Positions 1 to 12,632 of a stretch of DNA of 64,000 nucleotides are shown in pieces (positions within the stretch are counted from its first letter, which is position 1; every line of letters begins with the position of its first letter). The notes under the pieces are model-generated. The model saw only the letters and a program-made list of their open reading frames with translations. It made no database searches and was not told the origin of the DNA. Made by a program: the position numbers and the translations under genes. Origin of the DNA: Marsupella aquatica (Eukaryota; Plantae; Marchantiophyta); assembly GCA_973895155.1 (NCBI GenBank), contig OZ316894.1, forward strand, positions 5,852,944 through 5,916,943. Reading direction: 5' to 3'.

Positions 1-2353
1 TCTCAAGACACATGACTATCACCGCTTATTGCAGCATATATTGCCAGTGGCAATTATAGGGTTGGGGACCAAAGAAGTGCAAGATGCCATTTGGTCATTG
101 GGTCGTTTGTTGAGATGGATATGCTCAAAGGAGATATATGTGGAAGAGATTCCTGGAATGGAGGTATTGGCTGCTGAGGTGGTTTGCAAGTTGGAGAAGG
201 CCCTCCCTCCTTCCTTATTTGATTGTCAGGTTCATTTACTTGTGCATCTTGTGAGGGAGGTTGCCATTGCTGGTCCAGTTCATTGTCGATGGATGTACTG
301 GCTTGAGCGTTACATGTCAGTCTTGAAGGCTTATGTACGTAACCGTGCACGAGTGGAGGGAAGCATAGCTACAGGATACTTGGCTGCAGAGAGCATGTTT
401 TATTGTTGTAACATCTTGGCCACCATTGATCGGACTTTACCACGTACTTGGATGGAGGAGAGGCAAGAGGAGGAGGACCATTTAACAGGAGCAACAAAAA
501 CACGCATGCTTACATCAACAGAGTGGACACAGTTGAATACATTCATGTTGAGTAATAGCAATGTCATGGATGAATGGAGGGAGTTTTATGACAATGCCAA
601 AAGAATGAGTCAAAGGGCAAGGATTTTTCCTAAGTTGCATGAGTTTATGAAGGAAAAGTTGGTTGAGTTGGATGGCATTTTGGCACAAGGAGGAGATGTC
701 TCACAGTTTCCTACTATGACAAATGACATTCGGACCATTGTTCATGGCCCTTTGAGAGTGGTAACATCCAAGACGGCCATGTGGACCCAAGGGAGACACT
801 TCAGGTTTCACTAGTTCCTAACCTTGTTTTCCATGTTCATGTACTACTACTTAAGATATAGTAATCATTTTACTTAAGATAAGTGTGTTTTTCTCTTTTG
901 GTATGAAAGGTTCCTCATAACATGATTAGTGTTTTTTGTGTAGTAGTAACAATATATGGGTCTTGTTAATTTCAGGATTTCTTCCCTTGATGAGAAGAGG
1001 GCTCGTACTTTTGATTGTGGAGTTCAAGGGCAGTTTTGTCAGGACTCCCGGAGTAGCCGACATGACAGGAACATTGTTCGTGATGTTGTGCCACACTATG
1101 GAAAGATTTTGGTGGTCTCATATGACAACCAATCTAAGTTTGAGGAGTATGTCTTCAAGTGCAAGTGGTTCAAAGTGAACCTTGTTGGTAATAATCGCAC
1201 TGTACTCCAAGATGAGAGTGGGTTTACACGGTTGAGGATAAGTGCCACTAGTTTTCAAGCATCTCATTGGCAAACGTCAGAGCCATTTAGTTTCCCATCT
1301 CACTTGGAGCAATGTTTCTACGTTCCATACCCCTTAGACCCAGAGTGGTCACTTGTCATCACATATGTGCCACGGTCTCGTTCCATTGTTTCAGACAAGC
1401 CAGACACTATTTTTGTGTCAGATGTAGAGGACATTGAAGGTGACCAAGTGTGAGAGACACTTATGGATATTTAAACCAAAAATCTATATCATGGATTGTT
1501 CATGTTGTTTCTTAATTAATATTTCATACACCATTAGTGTCGTAGGTATTTTCATTTTGGACTCCTACTTTCAAAAGAGGTCATGCATATAAGTGACATG
1601 GGTACTCCCTCCCTTATCCCTCCTCCCTCTTTGAACCCAAACTCTCCTTCCTCTTCCAAAAACTCCATAGCTTTTTCTCCTCCCTCCCTCTTCGCTAAAG
1701 TCTCTCCTATTTTTAGTAAACCCTCTTTGGACTCCCTTCTTCCTCCGTCCCTCATCCACCTTCCAACTCCCTTCCTCCCTCTTTCACCTTTCACCTCCCT
1801 CCCTCCTCCTCCCCCATTCAAACTCTAACCTAGATGCACACACAAGTCTAACATAAACGTTTGCGAACTGTTTGCGAAACTAAACAAATCCCAACCAAAT
1901 CGCAATTCTGCCATTTAAACCGTTTCTCAATTATTCCATACTATACGCTTCACTATTTTGCGATATCCAGACCATCCCACCTTTACCATCCACATCGTTT
2001 CGCACATTTGCCATACAAACCCATCGCAAATTGTTTGAAGCTAACCTTTTCGCAAACATTCTCCAATACTAATTGTTTCACATCATTAATGTTCCCGTGG
2101 TTTTGGACTTTCGGAGCGATCGTGGAGCCTTCGTAATGTGTTTTGTAATCTCTGTAGTTTCGCAAAATATTGTGATACAATAAAGTTCGCAAAATGTTTG
2201 CGATGCAAATCGCATGGAAGACCAAAGTTGCGACACCACAAGTATCACAAATTGCGATGCGTATTGAGTCATCAACGGTTTGAAGCATCTGGAATCGCAA
2301 ACGTGTGTCCGGATGCAAATGAGCTTCGCAAAAGGGCAAAATATGCTGTAGTG
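1..2353 (+). mobile_element. CACTA (En/Spm) DNA transposon, 3' part (5' end outside window)
   Basis: Transposase C-terminus at 2-1453. Dense subterminal TTCGCAAA/TTTGCGA motifs in both orientations at ~1855-2335. The element ends in ...ATGCTGTAGTG (reverse complement of CACTACAGCAT) at 2353 and is followed by TAT, the predicted 3-bp TSD. Confidence 0.85.
2..1453 (+). CDS. CACTA Tnp2-type transposase, C-terminal part (DUF4218/DUF4216 region), 5'-partial; exons <2-804 and 976-1453
   Basis: Motifs LKTHDYHRLLQH, LEKALPPSLFDCQVHLLVHL, GPVHCRWMYWLERYMSVLKAYVRNRARVEGSIA, FKCKWF and EPFSFPSHLEQCFYVPYPLDPEWSLV are typical of CACTA transposases. A GT-AG intron at 805-975 joins HFR to ISSLD in frame, with no internal stops. 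Confidence 0.88.
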
Positions 2354-2900
2354 TATGATAAAAGAAGTAACAGGACTGGTACATGTAAAGTAGATGCCAG
2401 GAAATTAAGAGTGAGTGACATAACACACAAATACACATGGGCACATGCAAAGAAAAGCATACATTGTGATCAAGAAAGGACAAAGGTACCAAAGAGTTGT
2501 GCACATACACTACTGACAGAATGATTTTCACTTGCTTATAGTTAATGATAATTAACTCAATTAAAACCATAAATTTTGTAAAGGAAACCAGGAGGGGAAC
2601 TTAGTACACCAAATGTGCACATTGTTCAAATTTAATTATCTCACTCAGACATGAGAAAAAAGAGAATTTACTAATGAGTGATTGAAAATGAAAGACTAAA
2701 CATTTATGAGGGGAGCCAAATACATTTAGAAATACTCTCACTTCACTAAAAGTACAAGGGGTCCAAAAGTAAACTCAAAATCAAATTAATACAAATGATT
2801 CACTTTAATTTTTTAAGCACATTAAAATCAAAATACTAGACAAAATACTGGACACACAATCCAAATACGATAAAATCTGAAAAGTGGATTCACCACATAA
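2354..2900. repeat. AT-rich dispersed repeat family A, copy 1 (~550 bp)
   Basis: Colinear similarity to 5227-5735 and 35830-36355, e.g. acatgcaaagaaaag, aactcaattaaaaccataaa, ggggaactta, acatttatgagggg, gcacattaaaat. Confidence 0.75.
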
Positions 2901-3494
2901 TATATAGTAGCTTCATACATCTCCATGGATTAAGAAAGACTCACTAAATACATAGATAAAAGGAACCAATGTGGCCATACACACCCACAGTCATCATAAT
3001 GAAATCTTACCTTCCACACCTACCTTGTAGTACTTCGTTAGTTTTTAACCAAAACTCTAAATAGGTTTCACCAGCCAATTCAAGGGCAAGGTTGGTGGGG
3101 GCAAGGATGCAAGGTCCTGATCACACATACTTCATGTGTTATTGAGGGCCCTGTACACACTTGGATGAAAAATTGAAAAATTTGAGAGAGATCTTGGGCT
3201 GAAAAATATTGATATTGTATGTGAGAAAATCAAGATTTGAAGGGAGAGGAGGCGGACGGGCAGGGGAGGAGCAGGGGAGTGCCGGAATCGCAAGACAGCT
3301 GAAGACAGCCATGGCCTCACAGGGTCAAGGTGCAATTGCCCAACACGTACTGCAGGGAGGGAGGGAAACCCTGGCTGTTGGGTTCCTGTTGGGTGGGTTT
3401 AATATGATGAATTCAACAGTCCTGGAAAAGATCCCATAGAGCAAATGGCCACCCTCCTTGCTCTTTGTTAACAGACCACTCGCACAAACTGACA

Positions 3495-4692
3495 TGATTG
3501 CATGTTATAGTACCCGAGCCCTATGTCAGTGCATTGCATTGTGCAAGGACCGCCAACCCATAGGGAGTCGGGCTGGGGCATTCATGGGGCAGCAGGAAGC
3601 ACGTATGTGCCAGGGGTGCACGTTTCCTCCATCAATGGTCACGGAAAACAGCTAATCAAATCCAACGGCTGTGGATCTTTTATTTCACACCCAGGAGCTT
3701 TTTTGTATTGGGACTATGAATGTGCAATATCAGGTGGAACTTCTTCAATAATTATTGGGTTTGAAGATAGTTTTAATTGGGATTCTATTTAATTTTTTCT
3801 AGTTTCTCTTGAGTGAGAAAGGGTCATGATGTATGTTTTATACTCCCAGTAAATGTTGCAAGGATTCTGTCATAATTTAATTAAATCTGATAGTTGCTTA
3901 AGTTTTGGGAGCATCTCAAGATTATCAAATCAAAACTGTCTAAGTAGTACCCTTCAAGTTTGAAATTTACAAACTAAGATGGATACACATCCCGGGGTCC
4001 TCACTTCTTTTCTTCCGGCTCATCACACGTGATTAAGTATAGGTTTTTTTTATTGAATTTAGTGATTGAAAGACTTTTAAATTTTTGTTGAAATACATTA
4101 GGGTTGTTTTAATCCAGTTTTGAGAATTATAAGAATCATAGGGTTTTTTAAAACCAAAAGTGGGAATATTCCAAGAATATTCCATTAAGTTAGGGGTAAA
4201 ATAATTCTTTAAAAAAACATTCAAACTGAACTTTTAGGGTGTTTATTCCCCCAAAACTCCGTGTGTGATATGAGACAACCCTTGGATTGAGGCCCCTAAG
4301 ATACCCAATCATGCAATGTCTTTGGTAGCCATGCAAAGTTTTTCTAGCTTATTTGTCAAGACAGCTATGGCTCCATACTCAATTGCAACAGATCAGAACT
4401 GATGTATACCCAAATTTATATTGTAGTGTACTCATCTACAACTATAATAAGGGATCCCGTATTTTTTTGTCCTTCGTCCCAATAACAAAAGGCTTCACTC
4501 AGGGTGGGAAAGATCCATAGCAGTTGGATTAGTTTGGCTGCTTTCCCTGACCATTGATGGAGGAAATGGGCACCCCTGGTGCATATTATTTTGCTTCCCC
4601 ACATTGCTCCATAAATGCCCCAACCCAAGCCACCCTCCTTGCGCCATGCAACGCATGGGCATAGGGCTGGTTGTGTTATAGCAATGCATATT
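3495..4692. repeat. Degenerate inverted repeat pair (~3495-3720 and ~4470-4692)
   Basis: caggggtgcacgtttcctccatcaatggtcacggaaaacagc matches the reverse complement of gctgctttccctgaccattgatggaggaaatgggcacccctg. The ORF track shows the same peptide (QGCxFPPSMV) on opposite strands. Confidence 0.75.
3991..4300. mobile_element. Older, degenerate copy of the CTCGGGGG/8-bp-TSD MITE family
   Basis: Internal sequence aligns by eye with 50334-50613 (agggt..ttttaaatcca.tttt.aga.ttataagaa..tagggt...aaccaaaa.t..gaatattcca). Ends are cccggggtcctca / tgaggcccctaag. Flanks are atacacat / atacccaa (6 of 8 match). Confidence 0.65.
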
Positions 4693-5159
4693 ATTAATTG
4701 CATAGTATATAACTGAGTTTTGCTTCTTACTCTCAATTTATGGCAGTTGAGTATGGTAACTTTTCTTGTCTTTCTGAATATTTATTAATTATTTTTGAAT
4801 TGACATGTTTCCTCATATTAATTTCTTTGAATTAATTTGTTTTGGGGCAATTCCATGAAAGAAACTCAAGAGAAAGAATCATGGCATATTGTTCCTGGTT
4901 GGGGTTTTTAGTCCTTGTAATGAAGTGATACCTTGATGGATTACTTTGTGCTTCCATGTAGACTTACTCTTACTCAACTCAATTTTTCCAAATGCAAGAC
5001 CCCTTCTCAGTAAAAGGTGACAGGCTGCAGCCATGAAATGTGTTCCAAGAGACCTTACGCACAAAGAAAACCATGATTGTCCTGGCAAGTCCCAGCCAGG
5101 TCACAGATCTGTTTCTATCTTTGAATCATGTTAAGTCTAGGACCATGACCCCTTTTATA

Positions 5160-5735
5160 TAGCATGTTCATTCTGGAGTGTGCCTTTTTTTTGTCTTGTA
5201 GTGATATGGAATTCTTATAATATATTTATGATAAAAGAAAAGAGTAGATGTAAAGTACATGCCAAGAAAATAATATATTTGTTAATGAAGAGTTAGTGAG
5301 ATAATACACATAAGTACACATGCAAAGAAAAGCACATAATGACCACTAAAGTACAAAGGTATTGAAGATTTATGCACATAAGTTGTGCACATAAGGTACA
5401 CATTTTCACTTGCTTCTAGGTAATGTCAACTCAATTAAAACCATAAAGTTTGTACCATGAGGGGAACTTACTACACCAGACGTGCACATTGTTGAAAATC
5501 ATTTCTCCCACTCTCATGAGAATTCTGTAACCAATTGAAGAGGAAAGATTTAACATTTATGAGGGGAACCAAAATAAATTAAAAACACTCTAAAGTTAAC
5601 TCAATTAAAAGGGGTCCAAAAGTTAATTCAAAATATAATTAATACAAATGATTCACCTTGTTAGGCACATTAAAATCACATATTGTACACAAAATCTGAA
5701 TAAGACAAAATATGAAAGTTGCATTCACCATTATA
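5160..5735. repeat. Dispersed repeat family A, copy 2, beginning with a CACTA-like terminus (TTGTCTTGTAGTG, ends 5203)
   Basis: Colinear with copies at 2354 and 35786. Confidence 0.72.
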
Positions 5736-8106
5736 GCATGCTCATCCTGGAATCATGTTAAGTCTACTTAGCTAGGACCATGACCCCTTTTACAATGTAA
5801 GTCCCTTCTGTAGTTCAGCAGGAAAGTTTGACCTACGGCATGACAGTCCCAAGTTATATATTAGGTGGGTTTTGTTCTTCTTGGGCCCAGTCTTGGGCTC
5901 ATTGGAAGTGTCTTGGAAATATGTCTTGACCAAGTAAATATCCCTAGTTTTCATGGAGAATCAAGAGAGTTATGAATTTCTAAATTATATCACTCCATCT
6001 CTTGTTTTCCACACTTTATGCTTCCAGAAGATTTATCAAGTAACTTTGACATTCAGTATAATTATATCTCCCTGATGTCCACTTTCTTGGGTTTGTTAGA
6101 AATTGCTTGGAAATATCTTTTTAGTGAGCCTACTATGGTCAAATTATTGAGAATTGAGATACAAAGTCATACATATTTTAATAATGAGTGCATATCTCAA
6201 TCTTTTTCTTGCCACATCTCACTCTTGTGTGTAATCTATCTGTACCATATGAGCAGAAAGAGGGGTTTGTTGTTGTCCATCCAGGGTTGGAAATTAAAAT
6301 CTATCCAAGCCTGTTCACAAAACCTGGAGGTCAATTTGCTGAGCTCAAATTGTGAACTGATGTTGTTTGGATTTTTCTTTAAATTTTTTAATGAGACGCT
6401 CCCTTAGTTTCCAAAACTACAACCAATAGAGGGAACAGACTGAGAGGATTTTGTCATCCTTGCCCTTTGCCCTGGGTACTTGCAGGGGTACTTGCAAAAG
6501 AAGCTGTTAGTATAAGTAATTTTGCACAATTGAGACCTTAAGTAATTTATGGTAGATATTTCAGATGAGATGACTATGGTGGGGTTCAAGTCAAAAGCTT
6601 TCTAATTTTTTAATCTGACAGTCCACTTCAGCTCCCTGAAATGAATTTTGTTTGATGGAAGAGAATTTTTATGCATTTAGAAACAACTCCATTTATCGAT
6701 AAGTTAAAATAGGTATGTCTTAGAACGAACATGCTATATTGCTATATCTAGAATTATGACTGCATTTTTCTTCAAATACCAGGAATGTGTTCACCCCTAA
6801 CGGGCTGTGATTTGAAGCCTAGACGAGTTTCTGCCCGTTTTTTGGTCATATTTGAGTCACGAAGTCCTGTAAAACATACTCCCAAAGTTGATTTGGACAT
6901 CCTTTTGGACATTCTCTGCCACTCCATCCAAGCCCATCTTTCCAGATTAGTATTCAAGAAAAAAGGAAACAAAAAGTGTCGTTCCGATGTAAAACCAGGT
7001 GCTGCTTGTTTACCATACCTACAGGACAAATTTAGTGGGGCCAAAATCATATTCCATCATGAGAGAGAATTCATTTTAAGGGCCTAAGTTATAGATTCTT
7101 TCTGTACCGTCGAAGACCAATCATCACTTAGACAATGAACCTCGTTGCACCCTCGTCTTGGCATCGTTTGAGGGAGGGATTTGCAGTATTGTGCTTCACG
7201 TCTTGAGTGCAGGAGATGTCTCTACTGCGATAGGTTGTTGAACCTTGCCTTGAAATGATGCACGATAATGGATGGTAAGGAAGCTCCATAAAATAATACT
7301 CAAGGTCAGCTGCTTGGTGCTAAAATTGCAGATTGAATTCTATATATAAATGCATTGAGCTTCGTTTCATCCGTATTGTCGACAAAGTCGGGATCGTATG
7401 AAACTCGTGGGAGATGCTGCTGCAAGTGCAGTGCAGATGCGGATGCGATTCATGGTTTGAAGTTAAAAGCTCGCCAAAGGTTCAATGGAAATCTAGCAGT
7501 AGTCCAATGAAATAGTCCATCACGATCGTTTGAGGGAGTTCTATCTCAGGTTTGAATCTCGGCCTCCATTCTAAGCAGATATCAATATATTTCTCCTATG
7601 GATTATTTAGGCCTTGCTATGGTAATGGACTTGAGAATTTTGTCCTTGTCCTGATCGAGTTCATATGACACTCTGCATGTGCACTAGGACCACCTTACAG
7701 TACTCGGGAGCAGACATTCATAGACGGTCACGCAGCTACTTTGATAACTGAGCTTGGACTGCTGTACGCCTGAATGATATGATTACGTAGAATTGCTCCA
7801 GCCGGCTACAGCTTGGGACGGAATCCACGCGCAGGTAGAGGGTGCAGGGATTCCACGATTCATTGTCTTTCTTGGAGTGCATTGCTTGCTATATAATTCG
7901 AGATATAATTATGCATGACGACAGTCCCCAGGAACTCATTTTGACTTTTTGGCCAAACCTGCGAAACTGTTAAATCTTTTTAGAATTGGAGGGTTCAGGT
8001 TTGATGGGCGGTGCTGAATTCGTGAGAAATGAGTTAGTACGATCGAGAGATTGCTTCAAGAATCGTCCTCAATTATCAAATTATCAATTAAGCTTTATTC
8101 AAGAAC

Positions 8107-8200
8107 CCTCCTCAATTATCAAATTGAATCAGGAAAAGAAAACTAGCTCTGAATTCCAAAACGGTTTTCTTTTCCTGATTCAATTTGATAATTGAGGAGG
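8107..8200. repeat. Perfect inverted repeat: 37-bp arms, 20-nt loop
   Basis: 8107-8143 cctcctcaattatcaaattgaatcaggaaaagaaaac is the exact reverse complement of 8164-8200. Confidence 0.92.
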
Positions 8201-10125
8201 ATGTGGAGTGAAATGGACGACGGAATGGACGGTACATGTGAGTGATGAGAGGTTAGAAAGAAACTAAAGTCTTGCTTATTCGATTTTACATACTCAATCT
8301 AAGCTATTGCTTTTAATTAAACATAAAGTTTTCTGAATAATCTCTAAGGCCGCGAAAAGAAATCTACGAAAAGTTATGTATTGTAGCTTCCCTTTTGCAG
8401 CTTTGCAGCAAGCAGCTGCTGTCATCGAATCACGTCTTTCGTCGCTCTAGCGCAGTAGCATCGACCTCGAAGGCACTCCGCTTGCCGCAGTAATGGAATC
8501 TCTCACTTTTTCGCACAATCTTACAGCATCAAGCAATGGAACATTTCTCTCTTTTAGCACAATCTCACAGCATCACCAAACATAGGGGCCCGTCTATGCT
8601 TATATTGGTGATATGCTTTGACAACTTTGCAAGGAAGTAATAGCATGGCTTTAGTTGCACTGTTCGGTAAAATTCTGCTGCTAACGGCAAGATATGGTAG
8701 ACGTGTCTGCTCTAGTGCCTGAAAGTAGACTGACCCTCCCCTTGAGATTTCTACAGTACTACTGTTTCTTTTTGGTTGGTATTTGGCCGCTAGCGGTACA
8801 TGATTAATTTCGAGGTTTATCGAACCTTCATGTGGGTCCAACGTCCTCACGGGCAAATGCCTTTAATTGGATTGGAATTGGGCTTATCTCCTTCGTCTCC
8901 TGGCTGTAGATTTGGGAAATAGACTGCTATTTTGATTTTGATTTTGATTTTGATTTTGCGTTCGAACATTCCCACAGTAGATTTGCTACAGTTTACTAGT
9001 CCTGTTCGTCGCCGTCGTGATGCTCGCAAGACAACAGTTAAGACGAGAAGTTAAATTTACTCCAATTTGCAAAACCAAAACAGAAAAGTTAATAGTCAAC
9101 ACAACATGCCAGAAGTTTATCAGCTTTTACTGTTCAATCAAGCTTCGTAGTTATTTGTCACTCCTTGGTTCGATCCGAATCCTTTGAGAGCTAAGGATTA
9201 TAATCACTACTTTCCCACTTTCAAGAATTTCGAATTGCTGCAGATTTGCTTGAGTTCCTTCGGCTCATTATTTCAAATGGAGCTCACACGATACTTCAAG
9301 CTGATCGATCTAGTCTCCTTCATCACGATTTTGGTAAAGCTTCAATCTAGGGAGGGCTGGAGTTTCCGTCATTGAATGTGCAACCATCTGGACAAAAGCC
9401 ACAGTTGACAACCATTCGTCGATATGATTTCATCTTCACATTCCTATAGTACCAGATTTCACTCTTAAACCACTGACGACAAACACTAAAATGAACGAAT
9501 GGACAAGTCAGAAACGAATGGACTAGTCACAAATTGTATGCCTGGAAAACAAACTAGAAAACCAGTCAGACGTACACCTACTGTAGTATATCTGGGTGTG
9601 TGCACGAGCATTAAGATAAATAACCTCAGTGAATCCAGTGATTGTTTGGCTTATTTCTAAGCTGCCTGTGTGCGGACATTGATATACGCGGACATTATAA
9701 ATGTGATTGATGACTGGGTGATTGGGTAATTGGGAACAACCTGAATTAGTCCAGAGAGCGTGGGAATGTTGTTGACAGAGGCCGTCCTGACGGTAAGCTT
9801 CCTTTTCCCACAGTCGTGATATGTATTGAGATTTAGCAGTTTAGGAACGATGGCTATTGGAAACGACAATTTGAAGGGATCGCATTGTCACTTTTGTTGC
9901 TTCTATAGGAATGAATAACTAAGGCAGCTCTAGGATTATTGGTATGAAAAAAAAACTGCAACGTCAAATTCAGGGATCAGTCTGTAACTTTTGGTCACTT
10001 CCGTTATCAGCTGATATTAATTTGAATCCTCGCAAACTCATAATCCTGCCATCGAGCGCAAAATCCTCAACATTCCTCTGGCTCACAATAAGAGACTGAG
10101 TAATTGGAGGAACCATCCGGCTGCC

Positions 10126-10888
10126 TGTCACTCACACCGGCATATATAAGCTCTTTGCCTGCCAGAGGGGGGCCAACAGCATTTTTGCGAAGTTCAGCAG
10201 TTTGATTGACAGGAATGGACCTGAGTACCCTCTTATATATGACAGTGCCCTAAACCCCTCCTGAATTTCTCCTTCCTTTGTATTTATGTACAAGGTTATG
10301 GGTATGAGGCATTACCCGGGGTGAAGTGAAGGAACCGTGGCCAGTCTGGCCTGGGAATTCTGAAATTTGGGATTCTGAAATTTGAATGAGACATAGTGTA
10401 ACGTGCAATAGACAGATAGTGACTGATGAGACTTTTGTTGTGTAAGACTGCATTGAATGCCTCAAAAAATTCACTCAGGTTTAGTTTATACTCTATAATT
10501 CATCCTCACTTGGGGATAATGGCTCTAACCCCATTGGGACTTCATCCTGACTTGGGGATAATGGCTCTAGCCCTCTTGGGACTGCAATGAATGGTTTGAA
10601 AAATTCACTTAAGCTTTATACTGGTAACTCATACTCAATTGGGGAGAATGGCTGTAACCCCCTCCGGCTCAGTGCACTCTGGGATTACATCCCATTACCC
10701 CCTCTTGGGGATGGGTTAAGTCCTACTGGTATTCAGATTGAATTTCTGATCACAGCAGAGCTCGTTGAGCTGGTTAGAGTTGGTAAAGAGTGTGGAAGGA
10801 AAACAATAAAGTTTCCAACTAAGGACCATTTGCAAAGAAGTTCAATGTCCATTCATAATCAGAATAAATATGTACATGAGACGTGACA
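10126..10888. mobile_element. Possible solo LTR / LTR remnant
   Basis: Bounded by TGTCAC...GTGACA, with internal repeats cacttggggataatggctcta.ccc..tgggact. The TSD is imperfect (ctgcc / aggcc). Confidence 0.3.
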
Positions 10889-11454
10889 AGGCCATGTGGA
10901 AGGACCCTTGTCTGATAATTCTGATATTTAAGGTAACCACAGTCAGGCGCCTCTTCTTGGTACAATGGACACATGTTAGGGCTTTAGGACACGTTAATTA
11001 GACACTTTTTGCCCACTTTTTTCTACTTTAGTTAAGAACATGTAAACAAACTAGGGTAACCTAAATCCAGGTTTACATGGGGGCAGTGCTGATTTAAGCC
11101 CAACATGATTTATGTATATTCATTTATCTGCCATAGTCTGGCAAGATTTCTGTGACTACTGAAAGTGATGGACAGGCTTTCATATGCATTCCTCACAAAA
11201 TTACCCTAAATGATTGCTACCAAAAATTCAAACAGCCTTCCTTGGCAACCTGGCAAGTCATCTCTCCCAAACTCATCACCCCTAATGTAAAGAGGCTTTG
11301 GGCATTCCATCTGGGAAGTCGCTTCTAAAAACTCCCATATTACCTGCATTGGTTGAAAGATTGACTTTGTGGACATCTGATCATTATAGGATGTCCACCT
11401 ATATTCACCAATAGGGCCTGTCAAAGCAAGGCTGTAAATTAAACGACAGCCAAG

Positions 11455-12300
11455 GACATAAATTAAATGTTTCTATGGCCAAGACAAAAATATTACGGGC
11501 TACCTAAGTATTTATGTGTCCAAAAACATTTATGCCATAAGACCTACTGTAGCTTATGGGAGTGCTCTGACACACCCTGAGGACCCGGTTTGGACTTGCC
11601 CGGCAAATAGAGCCTTCAGAGGCCATCAACCGGCAGGTCGGCACCCGGACCGTCCCAGTCCCGGCCCCGGCCCCGGCCTGAGTTCCTCACTTCACCCCCC
11701 TCCCCCTGGGCCCCATCCCCCGGTCTCCCTCCCCCCCGCTTTTAGTCCCCCGGTCACGGGCCGAGTTGAACTGCCGGGAGACCAGTGGGGGCAGTTCAAC
11801 ATAAATACTTAGGTCCTCCCCATCCCCCTGGTCTCCCGGCAGGGAGGAAGGGGAGGAGGCCTGGCCAGCAGGGAGGAGGGGAGGAGGGGAGGAGGCAGGG
11901 TGCGTGGCGGGCCGGGGCCGGGTCCGCGAGGGGAAGACAGCCAGGGTCCGGGTCGAGGCCGGGTTTTGGCCAGGAGAGTTTGGGCCAAAACCCGAACTCT
12001 TCCTGGCCCAAACCATTTCTGCCGTAAACATAAATAAAAACATTAAATATTTATGTGTCCAAAAACATTTATGCCGTAAGACCTACTGTAGCTTATGGAA
12101 GTGCTCTGACACACCCCTCTGAGGAGGGCTATAATTGAAATATAATATAACCCTTGACATAAATTAAATGCTTTTATGGCCAGGACAAAAAATATTACTG
12201 GCTACAAACATTTGTGGTCCATAAGGATGATAAGTCCAATTTTTTTGGTAGTAAGACTTAGCTTATGTGAGTGCTCTGACACAATCCTATGACCCACAGT
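11455..12300. repeat. GC-rich nested-palindrome block flanked by direct repeats (probable non-autonomous TE interior)
   Basis: tatttatgtgtccaaaaacatttatgcc.taagacctactgtagcttatgg.agtgctctgacacacc occurs at ~11508 and ~12048. gacataaattaaatg...ggctac occurs at ~11455 and ~12156. Between them is a C-rich then G-rich core with an inverted pair ctgccgggagaccag / ctggtctcccggcag. Confidence 0.7.
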
Positions 12301-12327
12301 GTGTCAAATCATTGTCATAAGCAAGAT

Positions 12328-12632
12328 CTTATATATGACTCTTGGGGACATCTGATCCTTATGGGGACATCTGATCCATATGGGCCATAAGGTCCTTGTC
12401 TCGGCCATAAACCCACAAGCAACATCTTATGACTCTTGAGGACATCTGATCCTTATGGGCCATAAGGTTCTTGTCTCGGCCATAAACCCATAAGCAAAAT
12501 CTTATGACTCTAACTTGGGGACATGTGATCCTTATGGGCCAATCATAAGGTTCTTGTCTCGGCCATAAACCCATTATTGTATGTCATTGGCATATAGATG
12601 GCCCATAAGATTCTTGTCTCGGCCATAAAACC
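12328..12632. repeat. Tandem array, ~72-bp unit (ggacatctgatccttatgggccataaggttcttgtctcggccataaacc), ~4 copies
   Basis: Repeated units read directly from the sequence. Confidence 0.85.

Noticed and set aside
1552-2570. ORFs 1583-1828, 1983-2570 and 2138-2524
   Set aside because: They are low-complexity or subterminal-repeat translations that cross the CACTA terminus.
11516-12122. Several overlapping Pro/Gly-rich ORFs
   Set aside because: They are artefacts of GC-rich palindromic DNA open in many frames.
12328-12632. Repeat arrays here and at 32303, 43306 and 41215 considered as CRISPR arrays
   Set aside because: The units are contiguous tandem copies without unique spacers, the context is eukaryotic, and there are no cas genes.
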